From contig JBGASG010000007.1 of the NCBI GenBank assembly GCA_044229845.1, forward strand, positions 64,001-128,000: a stretch of 64,000 nucleotides of DNA, in the 5' to 3' direction. The DNA comes from Candidatus Obscuribacteraceae bacterium (GTDB lineage Bacteria; Cyanobacteriota; Vampirovibrionia; Obscuribacterales; Obscuribacteraceae). Every line of letters starts with the position of its first letter. Position 1 is the stretch's first letter. The notes below the pieces were generated by a model. The model saw nothing but the letters and a program-made list of their open reading frames with translations. It was not told the origin of the DNA and searched no databases. Positions 1-8,690 of the stretch are shown here, one piece after another. The translations under genes and the position numbers were made by a program.

Positions 1-37
1 AGTTGTGCATAATACCTATCAATAAATAGATGAGGTC

Positions 38-535
38 ATGGTTGTGTCGGATAGCTGGAAAGCAGCCATCGAAGCAGGCAACGCCGCTTTCGAAGATGGA
101 AGAGTGGCGCAGGCGGAGACGCATTTTCTGGAGGCGGCAAAGGAAGCCGAAGCTTTCGGAGAGCACGATCCACGCCTGGCGTTAAGCCTGAATAATTTGG
201 CGGCGATCTATCAAACGCAGGGCAAGTTCACGATGGCTGAGCCTTTGTACCTGCGTTCGCTGGATATAAAACGCCAGCATCACGGCGGCGATCATGAAGA
301 AGTGGCGCTTAACTTACATAATTTGGCCGTGCTCTACAGCGCGCGGCGGATGTATCCCGTTGCCGAGAAGTATTACAAAGAAACGCTGGAGATGAAGGAG
401 CGCCTTTACGGCAAAGACCATCCGCAACTTATGAATACGCTCAAATATTTTGCGCAACTGATGAAGGTGCTCAACCGGCCGATCGATCTCAAGCTCTTGG
501 AATCACGCTTAGCTGAGATCTCTGCCAAGCAGTAA
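38..535 (+). CDS. TPR-repeat protein (kinesin-light-chain-like TPRs)
   Basis: Repeated LNNLAAIY..QGKFTMAEPLY.RSL / LHNLAVLY..MYPVAEKYY motifs; GAGG RBS upstream. Confidence 0.85.
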   Translation: MVVSDSWKAAIEAGNAAFEDGRVAQAETHFLEAAKEAEAFGEHDPRLALSLNNLAAIYQTQGKFTMAEPLYLRSLDIKRQHHGGDHEEVALNLHNLAVLYSARRMYPVAEKYYKETLEMKERLYGKDHPQLMNTLKYFAQLMKVLNRPIDLKLLESRLAEISAKQ

Positions 536-557
536 CACCTTCTTCGGAGGCGCATGC

Positions 558-2561
558 ATGCCACGGCAATATACGATTAAGCGCGAAGAAAGCGCTCGTT
601 TCAAGATTGACTATCAAAGCAAGCTCGACCCGCAACAATACGCGGTGGTGACGTCCAGTGGTGGACCGACGCTGGTAATTGCGGGCGCCGGCTCCGGTAA
701 GACCCGCACCGTCACTTATCGGGTGGCGCGTTTAATAGAGCAGGGCGTCGGACCGGAGCGCATTCTTTTGGTCACGTTCACCAATCGCGCGGCGCGAGAC
801 ATGTTGCAGCGCATCGAAGGAGTGATCGAGGCCGAGGTGCGCCGGGTCTGGGGCGGTACCTTCCATGCCATCGGCAACCGCATCCTGCGGCGCCACGCCG
901 ATGTGCTCGGCTACACGCAAAGCTTCTCGATCCTCGATGCCGAGGATGCCAAAGACATGATCGATAACGCAATCGAATCGGCAGGCGTTAACACTAAAGA
1001 ACGGTTGTTTCCGTCTTCCGGCGTCCTGCAGGAGATGTTCAGTCTGGCTATCAACAAATGCATATCGATGGAAGAGTTGCTGCAGAGCACCGCACCGCAT
1101 CTGGTGCAGGTCGAAGACCAGATCGAAAAGGTCTTCGAACAATTCAGTGCGCGCAAACGCAAAGCCAACACCATGGACTACGACGACTTGCTGCTCAACT
1201 GGAAGCTGCTGCTCGAAGAACACGACGAGATTCGCCAGTACTGGGGGCAACAGTTCGAGCACATCCTGGTCGATGAGTTTCAAGATACGAATAAGCTGCA
1301 ATCCGACGTCATTGATTTGCTGGCCAGCGTGCACAAAAACGTCATGGTTGTCGGCGACGACGCGCAGTCTATTTACGCCTGGCGCGGCGCTAACTTTGCC
1401 AACATCTACAACTTTCAAGAGCGATACGAGAACGCCACCGTTTTCAAAATCGAGCGCAACTACCGCTCGCGCCCCGAAATATTGCAGGTGGCGAATGCGT
1501 CAATCGCTTGCAACGTCAAGCAATTCTCCAAGACGCTGACAGCGGCGCGCGCCTCCGCCAATGAGAAACCAGGGCTGGTGCCGCTGCAAGACGTCGACCA
1601 GCAAGCCGCATTCGTTGCCAGTCGCATTCTGGAACTGCGTGACGGCGGTGTGCCGCTTTCTGAGATCGCAGTTTTATATCGCAGTCACTGGCATTGTCTG
1701 GAAATGCAACTGGAGTTGACGCGCCGCGGCATTCCGTACAACATTCGCTCCGGGGTGCGCTTCTTTGAGCAAGCACATATAAAGGATATTGTTTCCTTTC
1801 TGCGCATCGTGGTGAATGCCAGGGATGAGGTGGCGTGGAAGCGTCTGCTCAAGATAGTGCCCGGCATCGGGCGCGCGACCGCGATGCGCATCTGGGAGCG
1901 CATCGCTGCCAGCGACGACCCGATTGCCATGATGGAACGTCCTGACTTTTCGGCTCGCCCAAAGTCAAAAGATGCGTGGGCGCGATTCGTCGAGCTCTTG
2001 AAGCAACTCAATGCTCCCGCCGTCAAGGACAGACCGGCGTTGCAAATCGAACTGGTGATGAACAGTTTCTATCGAGATCATCTGCTCAATGCCTACGAAA
2101 ACGCCAACAGTCGCGCCGAAGATTTGACGCAATTGGCCAACTATGCTGGGCGATCTCAGTCGACGCAGGAGTTTCTCTCCGAATTGAGTTTGATCGCATC
2201 CGAGCGTTTCTCGCCACCTGATTCCGCGGCCGGCGAAGATGTCGTGTTGCCTGACGATGATGACGAGGAGATGGTTCTGACCTCAATACACCAGGCGAAG
2301 GGATTGGAGTGGCGCTTCGTATTCCTTATATGGGCTGCCGACGGCAAATTTCCCTCCGCGCGTTCGCTCAAAGAAACGGACATGATAGAGGAAGAACGCA
2401 GACTGTTTTATGTCGCCGTTACGCGCGCTAAGGATGAGTTTCACGCGGTCTATCCGTTGATCGAATCGGATTATTCACGAATGTCGGTGGTGCAAAGACC
2501 ATCTCGTTTTGTCACCGAAGTCGCCGAAGACCTGTTCGAGCTGTGGCAGGTAGACGGTTAG
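558..2561 (+). CDS. UvrD/PcrA-family SF1 DNA helicase
   Basis: AGAGSGKT Walker A, VTFTNRAA, GTFHA, VDEFQD, VGDDAQSIY, NYRS, SIHQAKGLEW, EERRLFYVAVTRA. Confidence 0.95.
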   Translation: MPRQYTIKREESARFKIDYQSKLDPQQYAVVTSSGGPTLVIAGAGSGKTRTVTYRVARLIEQGVGPERILLVTFTNRAARDMLQRIEGVIEAEVRRVWGGTFHAIGNRILRRHADVLGYTQSFSILDAEDAKDMIDNAIESAGVNTKERLFPSSGVLQEMFSLAINKCISMEELLQSTAPHLVQVEDQIEKVFEQFSARKRKANTMDYDDLLLNWKLLLEEHDEIRQYWGQQFEHILVDEFQDTNKLQSDVIDLLASVHKNVMVVGDDAQSIYAWRGANFANIYNFQERYENATVFKIERNYRSRPEILQVANASIACNVKQFSKTLTAARASANEKPGLVPLQDVDQQAAFVASRILELRDGGVPLSEIAVLYRSHWHCLEMQLELTRRGIPYNIRSGVRFFEQAHIKDIVSFLRIVVNARDEVAWKRLLKIVPGIGRATAMRIWERIAASDDPIAMMERPDFSARPKSKDAWARFVELLKQLNAPAVKDRPALQIELVMNSFYRDHLLNAYENANSRAEDLTQLANYAGRSQSTQEFLSELSLIASERFSPPDSAAGEDVVLPDDDDEEMVLTSIHQAKGLEWRFVFLIWAADGKFPSARSLKETDMIEEERRLFYVAVTRAKDEFHAVYPLIESDYSRMSVVQRPSRFVTEVAEDLFELWQVDG

Positions 2562-2716
2562 GGGCTAACTGCTCAGCTTCACTTTTTCTGCTGCCGAGAT
2601 GGAACCGATCGGCAGCCCATCCGTCGATGCTTTCAACAGAAATCTAAGAAAAGACAAAAAACAGATTTCGCGAAATCAGACGAGAAAGAAAAAGAATTAG
2701 TGGAGGTACTTTCATT

Positions 2717-3238
2717 ATGCGTGCAAAGAGATTGGCCATTATGTTGGCCAGCGCCGTTACCCTGCTTGCGCCGGTCGCCAAAGCCGACTGCGTGAAAACT
2801 GTCGACAAGCTTCTTGGTTACACGCCGGCCGAGACCGTCGTGATCGAGCAAGCTGCGGTAGTCGACAATTGCCCGCCGGCTCCGGCTGCCACAGTTATCG
2901 AGACGACGACAACCATGCCTGTCGTCATCACAACTTTGATTCCCGTGCCGGATGACCTGAACATCCGTCAGCGCGAACTGAAGATGAAAATCGATGACAA
3001 ACTGGCTGAAGGCAGCATCACTTCTTCGGAAGCCAGCAGCCTGAAGACCGCCATGTCTCACGTTGATTCGGTTGAAGCCGACTTCCGTTCGGATGGTCAT
3101 CTCAGCTACAAAGAATCCAAAAAGCTGTACCGCGCCATGGACCAAGTCGGCAGCGACCTGGACTTCATGGCTGAAGATCCGAGCATCTTCGGTCTGCCGC
3201 TGCGCACTGGACATCTCCTGCGCAACTGGGAAATCTAA
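2717..3238 (+). CDS. Secreted hypothetical protein
   Basis: GGAGG RBS, signal peptide ending AKA, followed by a terminator. Confidence 0.75.
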   Translation: MRAKRLAIMLASAVTLLAPVAKADCVKTVDKLLGYTPAETVVIEQAAVVDNCPPAPAATVIETTTTMPVVITTLIPVPDDLNIRQRELKMKIDDKLAEGSITSSEASSLKTAMSHVDSVEADFRSDGHLSYKESKKLYRAMDQVGSDLDFMAEDPSIFGLPLRTGHLLRNWEI

Positions 3239-3258
3239 CAACCGGTAAACAGATAACG

Positions 3259-3289
3259 GAGGGGGCGGGGTGACCGCCCTCTTTTGTTT
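3259..3289 (+). terminator. Rho-independent terminator
   Basis: GGGGGCGG-GGTGA-CCGCCCTC followed by TTTTGTTT. Confidence 0.75.
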
Positions 3290-3362
3290 AGGCGCACGAA
3301 CAGCCTGCCGGGCACAGTATCGCGCCTGGAGCAGCGGACCAGGAAAAAAACGGAGACAGATC

Positions 3363-3536
3363 ATGAACCCTGAGCTCAAAGATGTAGCAGAGGATACTTG
3401 CGAACACACGCCGTGCACATGTCCACCAATAGATGGTGGCAAGTTCTGCTGCGACCAATGCGAGAACGCCGGCGACATCGGTCCATCTGCATGCCAGTGC
3501 GGGCACAGTGACTGCACCGCCACCGGCGGCAAGTAA
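3363..3536 (+). CDS. Bacterial metallothionein-like protein (57 aa)
   Basis: ATG 3363 with GGAGA RBS; CEHTPCTC..KFCCDQC..CQCGHSDC, 9 Cys + 2 His, BmtA/SmtA-like spacing. Confidence 0.75.
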   Translation: MNPELKDVAEDTCEHTPCTCPPIDGGKFCCDQCENAGDIGPSACQCGHSDCTATGGK

Positions 3537-3635
3537 CACCGGTTCCCCGTCAAGAACCGTGCACAGCGAAGCGCGAGGCTCACCGCGCGCCGCTCTCCGC
3601 GGCTCGTCACAGCATGCTTTCTTCCCTAGCGAGTG

Positions 3636-3745
3636 TGGCCAGATTGGCAATTTATCAAGCTGGAAAATTGCCAATCTGGCCAGTAGCTGCCTTTTTAATC
3701 TGAATTTGCAGGCGAATGACCTCAAAAGTTGCCAATCTGGCAATT
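3636..3745. promoter_or_regulatory. Three copies of the quasi-palindrome TTGCCAATCTGGC(AA), operator-like
   Basis: Perfect 18-bp inverted repeat 3636-3653/3665-3682, plus third copy AGTTGCCA-ATC-TGGCAATT at 3727-3745. Confidence 0.6.
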
Positions 3746-3795
3746 CTTACATCGCCTCCACACTTACTCCACACAAACGACACGTTGAGTGCACA
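3744..3795. repeat. Array of 7-mers with 11-bp period (CACA array, copy A)
   Basis: TCTTACA tcgc CTCCACA ctta CTCCACA caaa CGACACG ttga GTGCACA. Confidence 0.6.
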
Positions 3796-3881
3796 GGTTA
3801 TTCCTAAACTCATCGAGAACCGCGGCACCCATCCCGCCCGAAGCCCCACCGCCCCACTCACTTCCGAGAGGTGTTCTCGTC

Positions 3882-4748
3882 ATGACACAAGCAAAAACCC
3901 TGCCACCGGCGCGATCTAAATCAGCTAAAGGGAGAGCGGCACAGATCGATTGGGATCTACCCAGAGCGGACTTCCGTAATCAATCTGAGTTCGACCCAGC
4001 TTTCATTGCCGACCTGAGAGGTGCTGAGCATGCGGTTCTGATCTGTTGTCCGTTTCTTAAGCCCAACCGACTTGAGCAGCTCGGAGGTGAGCTTTTCCAG
4101 TTGCCACTGCGGGGCGTCCAGGTCTGCGTCTTCGCGCAGATGCCGCGCCTTTGGGAGCAGCGAGACCGTGCGAACGCCTTTGAATTGGCGAGAATTCGCG
4201 AGTTGGAAATCGCGATCGAGCTTTTGGAAAAGCACGGCATCCATGTCAATTTGGTGCAGGGGCTCCACCAGAAGATTTGTGTGATCGATGGCTGCATCTT
4301 GTGGTTCGGCAGTCTAAACATCTTGAGCTATTTCGATACCAAGGAGGAAATGATGCGCACAATCGATCCTGCAGTAGCTCTAAATGTGATCAAGCGAAAT
4401 CTGATGACCAAATGCCAGCCCTGCCGCGCTGCCCGCAAACCGGTTCCCGCAGTCGAGACGATTTTTGATGTGGATAAAGTTGGCACCCTGATTGCTGAAA
4501 TTAGGGAAAAGGCTGGTTATACGCAAGCAGACCTGGCAAAAATAACAGGACTGACGGCTTCCCAAATCAGCCGCATCGAGTCCAGCCGGCGCCCGGCGAC
4601 ATTGCCTCAGCTGAAGGTGATACTCAATGGTCTTGGACGAGAGATCTGCCTGCTGGCGCCCGGTGTGGTCGGCTATCTTGAGGAGATTGATTTTGTCGTT
4701 GGTGAAGCGCGGATGCGCACGCGTGGATCGGGATCGACTGGCGTATGA
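3882..4748 (+). CDS. PLD-like (single HKD) domain fused to C-terminal XRE-family HTH
   Basis: HQKICVID + FGSLN (PLD motif), CQPC linker, IREKAGYTQADLAKITGLTASQISRIES (HTH_3); GAGG RBS before ATG 3882. Confidence 0.8.
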   Translation: MTQAKTLPPARSKSAKGRAAQIDWDLPRADFRNQSEFDPAFIADLRGAEHAVLICCPFLKPNRLEQLGGELFQLPLRGVQVCVFAQMPRLWEQRDRANAFELARIRELEIAIELLEKHGIHVNLVQGLHQKICVIDGCILWFGSLNILSYFDTKEEMMRTIDPAVALNVIKRNLMTKCQPCRAARKPVPAVETIFDVDKVGTLIAEIREKAGYTQADLAKITGLTASQISRIESSRRPATLPQLKVILNGLGREICLLAPGVVGYLEEIDFVVGEARMRTRGSGSTGV

Positions 4749-4802
4749 AGCAGCGGAGCGCCTGAAGCCGCGGATGCGCGTGCCCCCCGGTGCGCGTGCA
4801 GA

Positions 4803-7145
4803 TCAATGCACCGGCAGTGTGCAGTACAAGGTGGTGCCGCGACCGGCCTCTGATTCCGACCAGACGCGTCCGCCCATGCGTTCGACGTTGTTGCGCGCCA
4901 GATAAAGGGACAGGCGCTGGCTGTAGCTGTCTTCCGCGTGCTTGCCTTCTATGAAGCCGACAAACATGTCTTCGATGTCATCCTGAGCGACCGCCGGACC
5001 CGATGAATTTATCTGCACCCGAATCTCGTTGCCTTTCAAGGTGCTCTCGACGCGCACCCTGCCACCAGGGGCGGTGATTTGAATAGCCTTCTCCAGCAAT
5101 TGCACGACGACGCTGCGCACCACTTCTTTGTCGACGGCGGTGGTCGGCAACCCGGTCACAGTCTTGTAGTCGAGCAATATCTGGTGCTGGCGGGCGGTCT
5201 GCGAAACCTGCTCCATGCACTCGCCGATCAACCGCGTCACCGAAACCTGTTCGCGCGGCGTGATTGATGCCGGCACGAAGCCGCCGTACATCATGACGTA
5301 GCTGTCGACGATGCCGAGCAGTTGCGTGTACTGGTTGTGCAAGTCGACCAGCGCCTGCCCGAGGGCGGGGTTGACTCCGTTGGAGCTGGTGTTGGTCAAA
5401 ATCGGTTTCCAGCGCTGCTCTGCGGTCACCAGCTGTCCGCGGATTTGTTCGGACAACATGTTGGTTATGTCTTCCCGCATGCGGGCCACTTCGCCGTGAA
5501 TGGACTTATCACGCAAGACCATGACGTAGCCGGAAATCTCGTTGCCGCCATCGGCGACGATCGGATGCAGGTGCGCCAGCACATCGACCTTCTTCTGCTC
5601 GTAATTGTGATGCACCACACCTTCGGGATAGAACTGCTGAATCAAGTCACCAGGGGCGCCACCATGATGGGAGAATGCCAGCCCCGAGCCCATGCCGTTA
5701 TTGCCCGGCGCTTCGCCGGGTTTCTTGACGAGATCGAAGCAGAAGCGACCGGCAATCTCGCCTTCGCTGACGCCCATCCAGGTGAGGAAAATTGGATTTG
5801 CCGAAAGTACGTTGCCGTATTGGTCGAGCAGCAAAAATCCTTCCGTTGACACCATCAAAACCGAGGCCAGCTTCTGCTGCAAAACTACCGCTTGCTGGCT
5901 GGCGTAATTCATTTGTTTTGATAGTTCGGAGAGCTGACGGCTCTGCATCATGAGCTGGCGATTGGTGGCTTCCACCTGACTGTTAGCCTGGTCCACCATC
6001 TTGGATTTTTCGTCCACTTCATCCATGTATTTGTTGATCTGACCGCGCAGGTTTTGCACGCTCGAGCGCGGTGCCGCCACAGCGGTATCGATGATCTCCG
6101 CCAATTCCAGCCACTCGCCCTGCAAGCGGCCTTCCAGCGAGAGCAAGTTGGGTTTGTTGGCTGCCAGATCTTTGGCGCGCTTGATCAAGAAGCGCACCGA
6201 GTTGTTGAACCGACTCGATATGGCCATGCTGAACATGATGGCCAGCAAGATCGCGGCGACGAAGCCAACACCGGCTTGCAAAATAATCGTTGCGGTGCGC
6301 GGCATGACATTGCGGATTGGCGCCGTCGTCAGCACCACCCCTGGTGTGCGATTAGCGTTTTCGGCGGCGCGAATCAGCGGCACAGCCCGCCACATGCGGT
6401 TGCCGTCTTCATAAATGCCGGTGTTCTGTTTGATTGCTTTGGCGCCTTCGCGCTGCAGCTTTTGAATATAGCCGCCCCCGCCTTTTTGCAGGTCGGGTGT
6501 GAAGTCTTGGACGCGCCCGTGATCGATGTCGTAAGCGATGAAATCAATCTTTGGCACGGCACCATCGCTGAGCATCTCCAGCTTTTGCTGCAATCCCATG
6601 AGAAACTGCGTGTTGATCGGTTGGCTGATTACAACGACGCCGTCGCCGTCCTTCAAGCGCTGCATGTTGCTGACGCCCAGACCGGAAGCTTCTGTCGGCA
6701 TGAGCGCGCCTGAGTAATGTCCGGTTTTGTTATCTGCGAGAACCCGCGGCAACTCTGGAACCTGATCGAGTACCGAATATCCGGAGCGATTGGGCGAGTC
6801 AGAGCTGTAGAAGACCTTGCCGTCTTTGGAGATGACGGTTATGTAGCCGGGGATGCCGAATTTCGAGGCGAAGTTGTTGATTGCAGTCCCCATCGCCCCC
6901 TTGTCACGGGAAGACCAGGCGCTTTGGAACGCGGAGTCGGCTGCCAGGCGGGCGGCGAGTTCTCGATTAGAAGACAGGATGCCCTTGAACTCATCCCAAG
7001 TCTTGGTGGATGCGACTTCTACCTGGTGAGCCGACTGATTACGGGCGTCGCTGAATTCGGCGAACAGCTGATAACCGGCATTGGCCAGAACTGCGGCCAC
7101 AATGACGATGAAGAAGGCAAAATTGAGCTTGGCGGCAAGTCCCAA
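4803..7145 (-). CDS. Membrane sensor histidine-kinase-like protein (sensor-HAMP-coiled coil-PAS-degenerate HisKA/HATPase)
   Basis: Two TM segments, PAS (EGFLLLDQYGNVLSANP..GYVMVLRD), C-terminal MGGRVWSESEAGRGTT; H, N and G boxes are degenerate. Confidence 0.8.
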   Translation of the reverse strand: MGLAAKLNFAFFIVIVAAVLANAGYQLFAEFSDARNQSAHQVEVASTKTWDEFKGILSSNRELAARLAADSAFQSAWSSRDKGAMGTAINNFASKFGIPGYITVISKDGKVFYSSDSPNRSGYSVLDQVPELPRVLADNKTGHYSGALMPTEASGLGVSNMQRLKDGDGVVVISQPINTQFLMGLQQKLEMLSDGAVPKIDFIAYDIDHGRVQDFTPDLQKGGGGYIQKLQREGAKAIKQNTGIYEDGNRMWRAVPLIRAAENANRTPGVVLTTAPIRNVMPRTATIILQAGVGFVAAILLAIMFSMAISSRFNNSVRFLIKRAKDLAANKPNLLSLEGRLQGEWLELAEIIDTAVAAPRSSVQNLRGQINKYMDEVDEKSKMVDQANSQVEATNRQLMMQSRQLSELSKQMNYASQQAVVLQQKLASVLMVSTEGFLLLDQYGNVLSANPIFLTWMGVSEGEIAGRFCFDLVKKPGEAPGNNGMGSGLAFSHHGGAPGDLIQQFYPEGVVHHNYEQKKVDVLAHLHPIVADGGNEISGYVMVLRDKSIHGEVARMREDITNMLSEQIRGQLVTAEQRWKPILTNTSSNGVNPALGQALVDLHNQYTQLLGIVDSYVMMYGGFVPASITPREQVSVTRLIGECMEQVSQTARQHQILLDYKTVTGLPTTAVDKEVVRSVVVQLLEKAIQITAPGGRVRVESTLKGNEIRVQINSSGPAVAQDDIEDMFVGFIEGKHAEDSYSQRLSLYLARNNVERMGGRVWSESEAGRGTTLYCTLPVH

Positions 7146-7246
7146 ATTTACGAAACCCCTGGTCTAGCTGCGTCGGTGTTCTAACACAACTAATAGAAGT
7201 TTATATCTTAATAGGCTAGTGGTCACCTGCTATCGCGAGAACACCT

Positions 7247-8065
7247 CTAATGGGGTGGTTTATCTGACGGTTTGTCCACTGAAGTCTGCCTGGCGGGCGA
7301 TTGGACCGCTATGGACGCGCCGGCTATGACTACACCGGGCGTTCGCAGTCCCTCGGCGCGCATGAGAGGAATGCAACGCCATGCGCGCTCACATTCCTCG
7401 AACGTGGCAGCGGGGCTCTTGACGGCAGCCAGTCCCTCACGGCGCAATTTCAGGAGATAACCATGGTCATCTTTCTTGAGCAGAGGCGTGCAGCCCTGGA
7501 CGTGATTATTTTCGATGTTGAAAGCAACCAGGTCGATGCCCTGGATCGCGCTGCGGGACTGTAGTTCTTGCTGGAGCCGTAACAGGAAGTCGTCGTTGAG
7601 CGGCTCAGAAAGGGCGACCACGCCGCTGGCATCGGCAAAATTTTGCATGTTGCCCAGGCAGAGCAATTTGTTTTGGGTAGGCGTCAATGCGCCCGAATAA
7701 TGTCCGTATCGACTGTCGGCCAAGACGTGCGCCAGCTCGGGAACCTGCTCGACCACCGAATATCCGTAGTGATCAGGCGCTTCGCTGGAATAGAACACCT
7801 TGCCGTCTTTGCCGATGACGGTCACCCAGCCCTCGACTCCATTTTTGGAGAGAAAACCGCTGACAGCCTTAGCCAGCGCGGGGCGATCTTTGTTGTTCCA
7901 GGCCTTTGTCACTGCCGGATCGGCTGCCAGCCGGGCTCGCGTTGACGCCTCGGTGCGTGCCTGTTCGTGCGCTTGATACTGTTGCAGGGTGCCGTAACCG
8001 CACCAAGCCACTGCGCCGATTGCACCAATGGAGAGGAGCGCAAGCAGAACTGATGAGGGTTTCAC
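7247..8065 (-). CDS. Stand-alone extracytoplasmic sensor domain, paralog of the adjacent kinase's sensor domain
   Basis: Shares KDGKVFYSS, GYSV..QVPEL..VLAD, GHYSGAL and RTPGVV with 4803..7145; only an N-terminal anchor. Confidence 0.8.
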   Translation of the reverse strand: MKPSSVLLALLSIGAIGAVAWCGYGTLQQYQAHEQARTEASTRARLAADPAVTKAWNNKDRPALAKAVSGFLSKNGVEGWVTVIGKDGKVFYSSEAPDHYGYSVVEQVPELAHVLADSRYGHYSGALTPTQNKLLCLGNMQNFADASGVVALSEPLNDDFLLRLQQELQSRSAIQGIDLVAFNIENNHVQGCTPLLKKDDHGYLLKLRREGLAAVKSPAATFEECERAWRCIPLMRAEGLRTPGVVIAGASIAVQSPARQTSVDKPSDKPPH

Positions 8066-8069
8066 CCGC

Positions 8070-8327
8070 CTACGGCTGGTTGACGGAGGCCTTGCGGTAT
8101 TCGACCTGCACCTGAATGGCGCGAATCAGCTGGTTTGGTCCGCAATAGCCCAGCTCCAGCAGAATCTGTCCCAGCGGCTTGTGGTCTTTACCGGACTCGG
8201 AATCGGTTTTTTGAATGTGCAGGGCTTCGTCGAGCTGATAGATGGTGATGTAACCCAATTCCACCAGAATTTGTCCAAGCAAAGTGTTCTGGTCTTGCTG
8301 CTCGGATTGATTGTCGTGCTTTTTCAT
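8070..8327 (-). CDS. Small MshEN/GSPII-E-N-like tandem-motif protein (85 aa)
   Basis: LLGQILVELGYITIYQLDEALHIQ and PLGQILLELGYCGPNQLIRAIQVQ; start re-set to ATG 8327. Confidence 0.75.
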   Translation of the reverse strand: MKKHDNQSEQQDQNTLLGQILVELGYITIYQLDEALHIQKTDSESGKDHKPLGQILLELGYCGPNQLIRAIQVQVEYRKASVNQP

Positions 8328-8352
8328 TAGTGCAAATGCCCTGAAATAGAAA

Positions 8353-8448
8353 GGACAGACCGTGGACACACCCGAAGGCGTTTTCTTATGGCTGCTGGGT
8401 TTCCCCCCTGACCAGATTCGAAGGCCCTCGCCGTGCCACGATCTGTTT
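8353..8448 (-). ncRNA. ffs: Small bacterial SRP RNA (4.5S)
   Basis: Minus strand TGGTCAGG-GGG-GAAA-CCC-AGCAGCCA matches SRP domain IV with a GNRA loop; long closing helix ACAGATCGTGG/CCACGGTCTGT; TATAAT just upstream. Confidence 0.85.
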
Positions 8449-8454
8449 AACGGA

Positions 8455-8460
8455 ATTATA
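8455..8460 (-). promoter_or_regulatory. Sigma70 -10 box of ffs
   Basis: Perfect TATAAT on the minus strand, 6 nt upstream of the SRP helix start. Confidence 0.6.
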
Positions 8461-8690
8461 GCGGATAGGGAAGTTTCCAAGGAAAGTAAAGAGCTGGTCG
8501 GCGAGCGGTGCCGCTGAAAAACTTAACAGCTGCCACCGAGAATCGGCGCCGAACGCGTCGTCAAGTTGTTTCTTGGATTTTCGACTAAATCGGGCACCGC
8601 AGGCGGTGACGCGCCAAATATTGAGATTTGCCAATGTCAAGTGCGTGCATTGTCCGCTGTGTGTAACCATTGCACTTGAGGAGCGTCGAG

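Noticed and set aside
2633..3610. Long antisense ORFs (this one, also 21671..22567, 25291..26199, 59175..60323, 61981..62832)
   Set aside because: They lie opposite well-supported genes and show no recognisable motifs; such shadow ORFs are expected at this GC content
8328..8480. N-terminal 51 aa of ORF 8070..8480
   Set aside because: It overlaps the SRP RNA and its promoter; the true start is more likely ATG 8327
8637..8679. 8-bp inverted repeat (TCAAGTGC/GCACTTGA) before the copA RBS as a copper operator
   Set aside because: Short arms with a long spacer; does not match CsoR, CopY or CueR patterns I can recognise
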